A DNA stretch of 64,000 bases, from positions 96,001 through 160,000 of IMG/VR virus record IMGVR_UViG_3300042691_041718; one strand, written 5' to 3'. Under the pieces are notes generated by a model. The model was not told where the DNA came from. It saw only the letters and a list, made by a program, of their open reading frames with translations, and did not search any database. The DNA is from a virus. Below, piece by piece: positions 1 through 8,924 of this stretch. Position numbers and translations under genes: made by a program. Numbering within the stretch: position 1 is the first letter of the stretch; every line of letters starts with the position of its first letter.

Positions 1-183
1 CCAATTCTAAATGATATTAAATTCTATGATCAATCTCCTACTAAAATTGGTAAGTTAGGTTTATATGAGTATGTCGTAGCTGGAACTCAAAGAGCGATAG
101 AAGAAGTTGTTAAAGGATTAACTGGTAGTGAAGGTAATCAAGCTCAAGAGGTAAATTCTCAAGCTCAGTCACCAGAAGCTTAA
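1..183 (+). CDS. 3' end of a hypothetical protein, truncated by the window start
   Basis: Frame +1 is open from base 1 (PILNDIKFYDQSPTKIGKLGLYEY...SPEA) to TAA at 181-183. It is absent from the ORF track. Confidence 0.6.
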   Translation, partial: PILNDIKFYDQSPTKIGKLGLYEYVVAGTQRAIEEVVKGLTGSEGNQAQEVNSQAQSPEA

Positions 184-614
184 ATATTTATAAAATCAAC
201 ACCAGGAATATTTTCAATTTTCTTTTGTATGTTATCCAACATCCTTAATGTATTCATAGTTGCTATTATTTTTATTTTGAAATCTTTTTCAACTTCTAAT
301 AAATATTTTATTTTCTCAATATACGTTTTTTTATCGGTTATTTTATTTAACGAATCTACTACTACAAAGTCTAAGTCATTATTTAATAAACCACCTCTTT
401 CCAAAACTCTATATTTAATATCCATTAAAAGACATTTATTCATTAATGTGTATTCTATTTTATTCTCTTTTAAAGATTTAATAACAGAATTATCCTTATC
501 TAATGTCAGATATAATGATCTCTTGTTATTTTTTACTAAGTCAATTGCTAATCTTGACTTACCACTTAACATCTCACCTTGAATAATAATCATAGCTTTT
601 AATTTGAGATACAA
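180..614 (-). CDS. Small RecA/KaiC-like P-loop protein, degenerate
   Basis: Walker A-like IIIQGEMLSGKS and Walker B-like FVVVDS. Confidence 0.55.
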   Translation of the reverse strand: MYLKLKAMIIIQGEMLSGKSRLAIDLVKNNKRSLYLTLDKDNSVIKSLKENKIEYTLMNKCLLMDIKYRVLERGGLLNNDLDFVVVDSLNKITDKKTYIEKIKYLLEVEKDFKIKIIATMNTLRMLDNIQKKIENIPGVDFINI

Positions 615-678
615 ATATAAAAATAAAAACGGAAATATGAAATGTTTATATATAGAATATAAAATAAAATTTAAATAA

Positions 679-3390
679 ATGGCAAGTACACCACTTTATA
701 AAGGATTAAAATCAAACGGAACTTCTTTTTACGCTTTTCCAGGAGCAGCAGAAGATATATCAGCTGCTTATCAAAATAGTAATTATAAAATGTATTTTTC
801 TAAATATGTTTTATTAAACTTACCTAAAAGAAATTTAAGTGCTGGTACACAATCAAGTCAAATATATTTTGATTTTGATAGTGCTTTTAAAAAATCTCAA
901 AATTATTCGGCTCCATCATCATTTAGTGATCAAATTGTAGAGTCTTTGAGAAATTATGTTGCTAACCAAGAAGTAGTTATAAGAGAGAGTAGATTAAATA
1001 ATACAGATTATTATTATAATACAAACTCACTCGAAACAACAACTGAAAAGTTATTTTTTAAATGGTGTAAAAAATTAAATTTAATTGATTTTGAACCTGC
1101 TATTCCTGATGATGAATACTTTAGTAATCTACCAGTATTTGAGAGAAGAAATTTAAATGATGATGAATACTTTCCTGAATATTTATGGAAAGAAAGAGAG
1201 GTTGTTGATTGGGACACTATTTCATTTTATGAAACTGGTGAGTCTGGATTTCTTAATAAATTAGAAATAGAATTTAATGGTGAAACTAACTTCAAAGTTG
1301 GTGATACTATAAGAATTTATAATGTTTCTAATTCGAGTATTTATAATAATGATTTATATAATAACGATTTATTAGATTCCGCAACAGAAGACGGTAAATA
1401 TACAAAAGTACTTAGTGTTATACCATCTAATGCTACAAGAGGTCAAAGAATCGTAGTTGATATACTGTTTTCGAACACTCAATTAGGAACTCAATCTGAG
1501 TCTTCTGGTCAAGCGGCATTGGTTTATCATAGACTTGTTCAATATATTGGTGAGATTAATGGTGTTTCAAATGTTCAAGAAGCAAATAGGTCATATACTG
1601 AAGTTTATGCTCATATTCCAGATCATACTGGAATGACACCTGATATTCTTTTCAGAACTATGTATGATACAAATTATAAACCAAATTTAACTTTCCCAAT
1701 TGTACCTAGTCAATACCAAGCTGAAATTATGGGAGCTGAGAATTTTACATCACCAATAGTAAGCTCGCCTTTAAACTATCCAGGATCTTATTTTGGACAA
1801 TTTGATACATTAGATTTCACGTATGAAACATCTACTGGTGATAGTTTAAGAAGAAGTGGTGATTATTTTGGTGTTAGTGGTGATATAAACAACCCAGTTG
1901 TAGATACATCTGGTATGGATGGTATCACATTAGATTTTAACACAAGTCACTATGTAAAAATGAATTTAGCTAATAGAGTAATTACTAACTTTGAACAGTT
2001 TAATGCTCTTGAAGTTAATAACACACCACCGGATAGTTTTGAATTTAATGCTATTTTGTGGTATTATACTGTTGAGGATGATAAAGGAAATACATTCACT
2101 AACTTATATGGAATATCATTCTTAGATAATCCAGCTAATAACTTATTACAAAGTGAAATTGGTATAAAATTCCCTACGTATAAAAAGTTAGTTTCAACTA
2201 GTGATCAAGATGGAACATCATTTGCTTTTAGTTTAAATTTAAATTTTAATATAATTAATGATAATGTTCAGGAAACATATAACCCAGAGGCAATAAATTC
2301 AATGTTTAGTATGAATTTATTTAACAAAGCTATGCAAAGACTTTCTTCTGTTAATGATTCATTTCTAAATATTTTAGTTGAACAAAATCAATTAAGAGCA
2401 GACTTACAAGATTTAAAATCTTTAATATATTCACAGTCTGATATTAATATCATTAATTCCAGAATTAATAGTTTAAATGATTTGTTAAGATTATATGCAA
2501 CTAATCAAATCGTTTCATCTGATTCAATTGATGTGACTACACTACCTGGGTCACCACCAAGTATATCATTAAATAGTATAGATCCACTTTATAATAAAAT
2601 AGATTATATAAAAACTACTGATTTATATAGCGCTACTGGTATAATACCACTAAGTTTAGATGTTCCTACAAATAAAAGTTGGTTAGTTTATATTTCTAAT
2701 AACGATGAAGTACCATTTACACTACCAAATAATGATAAATTAACTGTTTATTTGAGTAGAGATTTGGATTTCAAACAATCTGTTGAGTTTTATATTAATC
2801 CAACAATAACATCATCTCAAAATAAAAAAATGGATATTTATATAAATTCTGATATAACTGGAACAACGACTGCTCTTACACAGGTATTACTTCTTGGTAA
2901 TATAGATCTACCAGTTAGTTATAACTTAGTTAATGGATCTCAAAACTCATCTTATCTATGGAAAGATTTTAATTTTGATATTAACTTTAATGAAACTATG
3001 ACTTTAAAATCAGGTCCAGTGATTGATGTACCAATTGATGGTAGTAGTAACTTAATATACAATTCAATAAAGGCTGGTGATACACTAACTTTAAATAACT
3101 TTTTTGTTGGAACATCTTCGGTTTATGATTTTTCAGGACAATATACAGTAACAACGGTTGGTTTGACTAGCTCATATATCACATTAGATGTTAGTAATAA
3201 TTTGAGTTTAAAAAGTTTTGGTACAACAGCTTCACTACCAATGATTTTGAATAGTTCAACTGCTTCTATGTTATCTAATAAGCCATACTTTAGTTTAAAT
3301 AAAGGTAAAAAGATTATTGTTACTAGGATTTCTGAAAATTCCACAGTATTATCTGAAAGATATAGAGTAGAAATTATAGATTTAAAATAA
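679..3390 (+). CDS. Large hypothetical protein, probably virion structural (903 aa)
   Basis: Long Asn/Ser/Thr-rich ORF with a central coiled-coil segment and an upstream TATATA motif at 645-655. Confidence 0.6.
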   Translation: MASTPLYKGLKSNGTSFYAFPGAAEDISAAYQNSNYKMYFSKYVLLNLPKRNLSAGTQSSQIYFDFDSAFKKSQNYSAPSSFSDQIVESLRNYVANQEVVIRESRLNNTDYYYNTNSLETTTEKLFFKWCKKLNLIDFEPAIPDDEYFSNLPVFERRNLNDDEYFPEYLWKEREVVDWDTISFYETGESGFLNKLEIEFNGETNFKVGDTIRIYNVSNSSIYNNDLYNNDLLDSATEDGKYTKVLSVIPSNATRGQRIVVDILFSNTQLGTQSESSGQAALVYHRLVQYIGEINGVSNVQEANRSYTEVYAHIPDHTGMTPDILFRTMYDTNYKPNLTFPIVPSQYQAEIMGAENFTSPIVSSPLNYPGSYFGQFDTLDFTYETSTGDSLRRSGDYFGVSGDINNPVVDTSGMDGITLDFNTSHYVKMNLANRVITNFEQFNALEVNNTPPDSFEFNAILWYYTVEDDKGNTFTNLYGISFLDNPANNLLQSEIGIKFPTYKKLVSTSDQDGTSFAFSLNLNFNIINDNVQETYNPEAINSMFSMNLFNKAMQRLSSVNDSFLNILVEQNQLRADLQDLKSLIYSQSDINIINSRINSLNDLLRLYATNQIVSSDSIDVTTLPGSPPSISLNSIDPLYNKIDYIKTTDLYSATGIIPLSLDVPTNKSWLVYISNNDEVPFTLPNNDKLTVYLSRDLDFKQSVEFYINPTITSSQNKKMDIYINSDITGTTTALTQVLLLGNIDLPVSYNLVNGSQNSSYLWKDFNFDINFNETMTLKSGPVIDVPIDGSSNLIYNSIKAGDTLTLNNFFVGTSSVYDFSGQYTVTTVGLTSSYITLDVSNNLSLKSFGTTASLPMILNSSTASMLSNKPYFSLNKGKKIIVTRISENSTVLSERYRVEIIDLK

Positions 3391-3437
3391 ATGTCGGTTT
3401 TATATTTTAATATATACATTAAAATATAAAACTAAAT

Positions 3438-4580
3438 ATGAGTGTAGTATGTGGCGGTTCTTTATTTGGACCAAGTAGTCAATATATTAAGACAAATGGT
3501 GGTGACTTTATTGCAACTGAAGGTTCTAATATTAGAGAAAGATTGATGCTTTCTGATTTAAGAATACCTTATAAACAAATTTTAAAAAGTAGAATTATTC
3601 TTAAAAAAGGTCAAACTAATTATCTATTAAATCATTTAGGATTAGGAGATAATGCTACTTTTCTTTCTATAAAGGCTGTTTATGATGTAAAATCAAAAGT
3701 TGAAGCTGATAATTATGTTCAGTATAGTTATTATAACTACCCAGTTCAGATTTTTAGTTTTGCTCAATTATTGGTTTTAACCGGTAATTCATCAAATAGA
3801 GTTCCTCAATTATATTTGAATAACCCAAATGTTAATTATCCGGTTTATTTAGATGTCATGGTTGCTGTTATTGATGATAATTATTCGGTATTTAATGATT
3901 ATATAAATCAATCAGGAACATCATTTACTGGTTTGGAATTCACTGATATTAAATCTTATGTTGTCGGTGAATCTATTGTTATTTATGATAAAAATACAAC
4001 ACCAAGAGCACTTATTTACTTAGAATTAGTTTATATAAATTCAATAACATTAGATAGTAACTTTATTATTATAGATGATGAAAGTCAGGGTATGATATTT
4101 TTACAATTTTTAACAGAGTTTGATGCTAATCAAGCACATTCACTTCTAAATTATATTTTAGAAAATCCTACTGTTAATATTAATGATATAGATCCACTTG
4201 TGGATTCAGTACAACCGGTTATTTATTTCAATTCAAAATCTGGATCAATGGGTAGTTATATAGAATTTAATAGTGCAACTTATGGTGTTCCATATGATAC
4301 ATCATATGGTTTTACATTTTCTACTTCTATAAGTCTATCCACTTATGGAACTTCAAGTGTTATACAAAAAGATAGATTGATTGAATTGTTAATTGATCAT
4401 GTTAGTGATAATAGAGATGGTATTATAAATCTTATGGATTCAAATTTAATAATTTCAGGAGTATCAGGAATTGTTCACTCAATTACAAACATAGGTACGT
4501 ATTCTGTTACATTTAACTTCATGGATTTGGCTAAAAATAAGTTAGATCATGTATTTGTTAACTTAGATATAGTAAATTAA
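3438..4580 (+). CDS. Hypothetical structural protein; C-terminal part is paralogous to 46159..46971
   Basis: Shared F-x-TEFD-x-NQA-x-SL, P-x-I-x-FNS and DNRD motifs. Confidence 0.6.
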   Translation: MSVVCGGSLFGPSSQYIKTNGGDFIATEGSNIRERLMLSDLRIPYKQILKSRIILKKGQTNYLLNHLGLGDNATFLSIKAVYDVKSKVEADNYVQYSYYNYPVQIFSFAQLLVLTGNSSNRVPQLYLNNPNVNYPVYLDVMVAVIDDNYSVFNDYINQSGTSFTGLEFTDIKSYVVGESIVIYDKNTTPRALIYLELVYINSITLDSNFIIIDDESQGMIFLQFLTEFDANQAHSLLNYILENPTVNINDIDPLVDSVQPVIYFNSKSGSMGSYIEFNSATYGVPYDTSYGFTFSTSISLSTYGTSSVIQKDRLIELLIDHVSDNRDGIINLMDSNLIISGVSGIVHSITNIGTYSVTFNFMDLAKNKLDHVFVNLDIVN

Positions 4581-4597
4581 AAATAATTAATAAAAAA

Positions 4598-5593
4598 ATG
4601 AGATATAGTTGGGATAAATTTTTAAGACCTTTTTCAATGAATGATGTAAATGTTCAGGTTATGAATGATGATGGAGTTGTTACTCACACCATTAACCCAA
4701 GTACAATATTAAATGTCATGGTTAATAACAACCTAGTTAAGGTTAGTTTGAAAAGTGGTAGAGTTGTTATTATACCATTTTCAACATTAAATGAGGCTAA
4801 AATGGCTCTTCCAAGAATTAAACAATTAATAAGTGATCTAAATAAGAGAACTGGTAGAAAATACCTAAATAAGTTATCCAAATCATTTTATTATCAAAGT
4901 AATATTCCGGATGGGACATATACGGATTTTATAGAACCTGGTTCATTTTGGTATGATACCGAATTTGGATTTCTATATATTTATATACTTGATAATATAT
5001 CTGGTTATAACTGGGTAACAGCGGTTGGTGAAATTGGTCCACAAGGAGATCCAGGTTTAAGTGCTTATGAGGTTTGGTTAAACGAGGGAAATATTGGATC
5101 ATTAGATACATTTTTCTCATCAATAAGTGGTACATCCGGGACTGATGGTACATCCGGAACAAGTGGTACATCCGGTGTTTCAGGAACAAGTGGTACATCC
5201 GGGACTGATGGTACATCCGGAACAAGCTATACACCAACATCCGGATCTTGGATATTATCTCCTGGTTCAAACACAGTTAGTTTTACAGTTCCAGTTGGAA
5301 ATTCATATGTTATGTGGGTTAATGGTAATATACCAAATGGTATTATTAATTGGAATGCGACGGTTACTATTTCAAATATAAATGTTCCAGTTATTGGAAA
5401 TCAATATGGTTGGTATTATTTAGCAGGAAATCAATTGGTTTTAGATTCAATACCAAGTCATATAATTGGAACATCTGGTTCTATAATCACGACCGATCCA
5501 AATCCAGTAAATAGTAATACTTTTACATTTGGAATAACTAATAATACGAGTGAAAACCAAATGGTTTATTATGGATATATAAAAGTATCTTAA
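4598..5593 (+). CDS. Collagen-like repeat tail or fiber-associated protein; N-terminal domain is paralogous to 46986..47915
   Basis: GEIGPQGDPGLSAYEVWLNEGN motif typical of phage collagen-like proteins, followed by a G-X-Y run (GTSGTDGTSG...). Confidence 0.65.
   Translation: MRYSWDKFLRPFSMNDVNVQVMNDDGVVTHTINPSTILNVMVNNNLVKVSLKSGRVVIIPFSTLNEAKMALPRIKQLISDLNKRTGRKYLNKLSKSFYYQSNIPDGTYTDFIEPGSFWYDTEFGFLYIYILDNISGYNWVTAVGEIGPQGDPGLSAYEVWLNEGNIGSLDTFFSSISGTSGTDGTSGTSGTSGVSGTSGTSGTDGTSGTSYTPTSGSWILSPGSNTVSFTVPVGNSYVMWVNGNIPNGIINWNATVTISNINVPVIGNQYGWYYLAGNQLVLDSIPSHIIGTSGSIITTDPNPVNSNTFTFGITNNTSENQMVYYGYIKVS
5125..5226 (+). repeat. Exact 39-bp direct repeat (5125-5163 and 5188-5226) within the GTS triplet repeat
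   Basis: aagtggtacatccgggactgatggtacatccggaacaag occurs twice. Confidence 0.9.
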
Positions 5594-5616
5594 ATAAAAA
5601 AAAATAATAATACAAA

Positions 5617-6156
5617 ATGTTAATAAGTTGGCCATTAAATAAAAACATAGGTGATATTTATACTAGTCCAAATGGATCTAAATGGAGATGGTCTGGTAAA
5701 GCATGGGTTTCTCTAAGAGAAAATCCAATTCTTGCATTGGGTCCGGCAGGAACATATGAATTCTCACACTGCCCAATGGATCCAGTTGATGATATGAGAT
5801 ATTATATTGGTAATATTCCGGATCTACCAGCTCAATCAAACGGTTCAATAAAATCAAGAAGGATTAAATCATTAATAGGAGGTTCAATTAAACATATTAG
5901 TATAATGACTCAAATTTTAGGAGAAGTTGGTAGTAATGATCCTCAAATTTTTATAATAAATAATTATACTTCTGGACAATCATCGATAGTAACTTCTAAT
6001 TATATAAATTATTCGAATAGTCAATTAGATAACTACGAATTACAAAATAAATTAGATGTTTCTATTAATGATGAATTAGAAATAATATGGGAAGTTCCTG
6101 TTTTTAGTTCAAGTCCTACTAGTGTTAGACATAATTTTATAATATCAATTGAATAA
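5617..6156 (+). CDS. Hypothetical tail-associated protein
   Basis: N-terminal WP..IGDIYTSPNGSKWRWSGKAWV resembles a motif common in phage tail proteins. Confidence 0.5.
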   Translation: MLISWPLNKNIGDIYTSPNGSKWRWSGKAWVSLRENPILALGPAGTYEFSHCPMDPVDDMRYYIGNIPDLPAQSNGSIKSRRIKSLIGGSIKHISIMTQILGEVGSNDPQIFIINNYTSGQSSIVTSNYINYSNSQLDNYELQNKLDVSINDELEIIWEVPVFSSSPTSVRHNFIISIE

Positions 6157-6157
6157 T

Positions 6158-6189
6158 AAAAAAAACCACTCATTTGAGTGGTTTTTTTT
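6158..6189. terminator. Bidirectional intrinsic terminator between convergent genes
   Basis: A-tract, accactc-attt-gagtggt, T-tract. Confidence 0.85.
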
Positions 6190-6634
6190 ATACTTTATAA
6201 ATACCTGACTTTTTTGAAGAATCTAAAAAACGACCTACTTTTATCATTATTGGATAAGCTGGTAAATCATGAGTTGATTTATAATCAACACTATCCATTT
6301 CCCCAATACTCCAAACTAATCTAATACAATCTTTTACATTATCACTTGTAAGCCTTTCAAATATTTCACAATATCTATTATAAACTTCATTAGCAACTTC
6401 TTCAATTATTTCCGGTTCGGTAACACATCCTGGATCAACTCCTTTATCCATAGGAATTACAATACCTTCTTTAGAGTTTATATCAGAAACTAATAAATCC
6501 AATTCATCAGATAGATCTTTTGGTATAACTCTACTTATATGTAAATAATTTAACCATTCAAGTCTGTGTCCTTTTGGGAAAACAGTTTTTAGATAAAATA
6601 CACCGTACTCTTTAGTTTGATTTAACATAGTCAA
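6188..6634 (-). CDS. Hypothetical protein
   Basis: ORF in the minus-strand gene run. Confidence 0.6.
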   Translation of the reverse strand: MTMLNQTKEYGVFYLKTVFPKGHRLEWLNYLHISRVIPKDLSDELDLLVSDINSKEGIVIPMDKGVDPGCVTEPEIIEEVANEVYNRYCEIFERLTSDNVKDCIRLVWSIGEMDSVDYKSTHDLPAYPIMIKVGRFLDSSKKSGIYKV

Positions 6635-7169
6635 TTAATTTAAGTAGGTTTTCTGTATTATGAGTATATTTATCTAATAAACTTTCTAAAAATTTCAATC
6701 TACCCATTTTATAATCTTCTTTAGGGTAAACCGAAAACTCTTCACTAATTCCGTTCTCCCACTCCAACAATTGATCAAAATCTCTTTCAACAATATTCAT
6801 ATCATAATGATTAAAAGACTCTGATAAATTAGTAGTAGAATTATGAGTTTTAGTATCTAAAATAATTTGCTTAACATCTAAAATATCTTTGTTAGTTTTA
6901 TCAACAGCGCAACTCATTAAGAAATCAGCAGAATCTTCTTCATTTGTTTTACTAATAGGATCATAAACGATATCATGAAAAAGAGCAGCTAACATAAGTT
7001 TTTCATATTCTTTTTCAGAAAACTTAGATTTATTTTCGTTGATTTGAGAAATCAAATCATTAAGATGATTTAAGTTGTGGTAGTGTCTATGTGATTCATT
7101 CCACATAGAAAGAATTGTGTTTATATCACACTTAATTCCCCACTTTTCTAATAATTGTTGTAAGTCCAT
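6612..7169 (-). CDS. HD-superfamily metal-dependent phosphohydrolase
   Basis: HRHYHNLNHL, ALFHDIVYDP and NEEDSA motifs. Confidence 0.8.
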   Translation of the reverse strand: MDLQQLLEKWGIKCDINTILSMWNESHRHYHNLNHLNDLISQINENKSKFSEKEYEKLMLAALFHDIVYDPISKTNEEDSADFLMSCAVDKTNKDILDVKQIILDTKTHNSTTNLSESFNHYDMNIVERDFDQLLEWENGISEEFSVYPKEDYKMGRLKFLESLLDKYTHNTENLLKLIDYVKSN

Positions 7170-7179
7170 TCAGTTACTA

Positions 7180-7530
7180 TTATTTTTGATAGAAATCAAC
7201 GCCATATTTTTCAGCGATTTCTTTAGCTTTATTTAAATTTTTCTCTTCAACGAAAAATACCCATCTTGGATTTTTAACACTATATCTAAGTCTATCTTCT
7301 AATACATTCCCAGTATCAATGTCAATAAATTTAGGTGGTGTTAAAAAACCTTGATTGTGCATTAAATCCATCATATCTCGTCTAATAGAACTTGTTACTT
7401 CACTAGTAACAGAACTAACATTTACAATAACAGATGGATAGACAATCTTTTCAATACCTTTACTATTATTAAACTTTATTGGATTTATAGTAAAGTTACT
7501 AAAAGTTTCGTTAAATCGTTTAATTTTCAT
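7180..7530 (-). CDS. Hypothetical protein with a capsid-targeting-like N-terminus (MKIKRFNE)
   Basis: TAATATATAG lies 4-13 nt upstream of the ATG; the N-terminus matches a recurrent motif. Confidence 0.6.
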   Translation of the reverse strand: MKIKRFNETFSNFTINPIKFNNSKGIEKIVYPSVIVNVSSVTSEVTSSIRRDMMDLMHNQGFLTPPKFIDIDTGNVLEDRLRYSVKNPRWVFFVEEKNLNKAKEIAEKYGVDFYQK

Positions 7531-7533
7531 ATA

Positions 7534-7674
7534 CTATATATTAAAAATCTTTCTTAACTTTCTCTTTCTTATACTAACCTTTTCAAAGTTTAATATTTTC
7601 ATTTGATACTCAAAAAACGCACTAGTCATATAGCTTCTACCAACTTGTCTTGATTTTCCCAATATTACATTCAT
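7534..7674 (-). CDS. 46-aa micro-ORF not in the ORF track
   Basis: MNVILGKSRQVGRSYMTSAFFEYQMKILNFEKVSIRKRKLRKIFNI*. Its start overlaps the upstream stop (ATGA) and it fills the gap exactly. Confidence 0.65.
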   Translation of the reverse strand: MNVILGKSRQVGRSYMTSAFFEYQMKILNFEKVSIRKRKLRKIFNI

Positions 7675-7979
7675 AAACCCAACTCAATTAATTTTATCTC
7701 TCTGATTAAAGCCGTTTTTGTATAATGATTATAATCTAAATTATATTCAGATTTTAAGTAATCTTTAACACATTCGGTATATTTACTATAAACAAAGTCT
7801 TGATAGTTATCATCACACCCCATTACTTCTTTGTAAAACATTCTTTCGAGAATTCTTTCTCTATCTCTGAGTATGGCACCTTCTTCATATCTTTGAGATT
7901 TAATAGCTTTCATCTTTTCATCTCTTAAATCTAAAATATCAATAAGTAGTTGTAACAATTTTACTTTTTCCATATCCAT
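7671..7979 (-). CDS. UVR (UvrB/UvrC) motif protein
   Basis: KMKAIKSQRYEEGAILRDRER matches the UVR coiled-coil consensus. Confidence 0.6.
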   Translation of the reverse strand: MDMEKVKLLQLLIDILDLRDEKMKAIKSQRYEEGAILRDRERILERMFYKEVMGCDDNYQDFVYSKYTECVKDYLKSEYNLDYNHYTKTALIREIKLIELGL

Positions 7980-8131
7980 TCAATAATCTTTTTTCTTCTC
8001 TGAGAAATTCTCACTAAATACATCTTTTTAAGCATTACCTCAGTCTCCTCAACCAGTTTTTTCATTTTTTCATTATGAAAATCTTTTCTTCTTTCTGATA
8101 AATAAGTATCCACATCCTTAACCTTAAACAT
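7961..8131 (-). CDS. 56-aa ORF not in the ORF track
   Basis: MFKVKDVDTYLSERRKDFHNEKMKKLVEETEVMLKKMYLVRISQRRKKIIEWIWKK*. It overlaps both neighbours and fills the gap. Confidence 0.65.
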   Translation of the reverse strand: MFKVKDVDTYLSERRKDFHNEKMKKLVEETEVMLKKMYLVRISQRRKKIIEWIWKK

Positions 8132-8843
8132 TTTTTAAAATATCAACAATTTTTTTCATACCAACTGTTGCTGGTTCTTTAATATGTGTATAATTAATCT
8201 TACTCAAACCATAAGAATCTGACCAAACAATCATTTCATCAGCAGGATCAACATAATATATCTTACAAGTATCCTTCACCAATGTTGGTAGTAAATTAGC
8301 AGGAGCTACTTGCATTGATGTTCCAACAATAATACAAATATCACACTTTTGAGCAGCTTCTTCTGCCTTTGATAATAAATTATAGTTCAAACTTTCACCA
8401 AACCAAACAACAGCTGGTCTTAATTGAGAACCTTTTGAACACTTATCACCAATATTAATATCACCTTCCCAATCAAACGTTTCATCTGATCCAGGGAAAG
8501 AAGATTTAGCTTTTGATAATTCACCGTGTAAATGAATTACATTAGTAGAACCTGCTCTTTCGTGTAGATTATCAACATTTTGAGTAACTAAAGTTACATT
8601 ATAATCTTTTTCTAACTCAGCAATTATTTTATGAGCATCATTTGGATAGACATCTTTCATTTGAGCGCGACGTTGGTTATAAAAATCCAAAACACGATTT
8701 TTATCTTTTCTCCAACCAGTTAAGGTTGCTACATCTTCAATTTTGAAGTTATACCAAAGACCATCAGAATCACGAAAGGTTTCAACTCCCGACTCTTTAG
8801 AAACTCCAGCACCAGTAAATATTAATATTTTTTTCATAGACAT
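8124..8843 (-). CDS. cobB: Sir2-family NAD-dependent protein deacylase
   Basis: TGAGVSKESGVETFRD, TQNVDNLHERAG, HLHG, RPAVVWFGE and GTS motifs. Confidence 0.92.
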   Translation of the reverse strand: MSMKKILIFTGAGVSKESGVETFRDSDGLWYNFKIEDVATLTGWRKDKNRVLDFYNQRRAQMKDVYPNDAHKIIAELEKDYNVTLVTQNVDNLHERAGSTNVIHLHGELSKAKSSFPGSDETFDWEGDINIGDKCSKGSQLRPAVVWFGESLNYNLLSKAEEAAQKCDICIIVGTSMQVAPANLLPTLVKDTCKIYYVDPADEMIVWSDSYGLSKINYTHIKEPATVGMKKIVDILKNV

Positions 8844-8924
8844 AAATAATATACAAAGATAATAAAAATAAGTTTATTAGAAAGTATTTAAATTTTAATA
8901 TATAATAAAAAATATATTAGTTGA

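Noticed and set aside
229-582. Antisense or overlapping ORFs such as 229..582, 4929..5270, 5127..5381, 20426..20647, 21338..21553, 26962..27387 and 51974..52276
   Set aside because: They lie fully within better-supported genes, and their unusual composition mirrors the real frame or its repeats.
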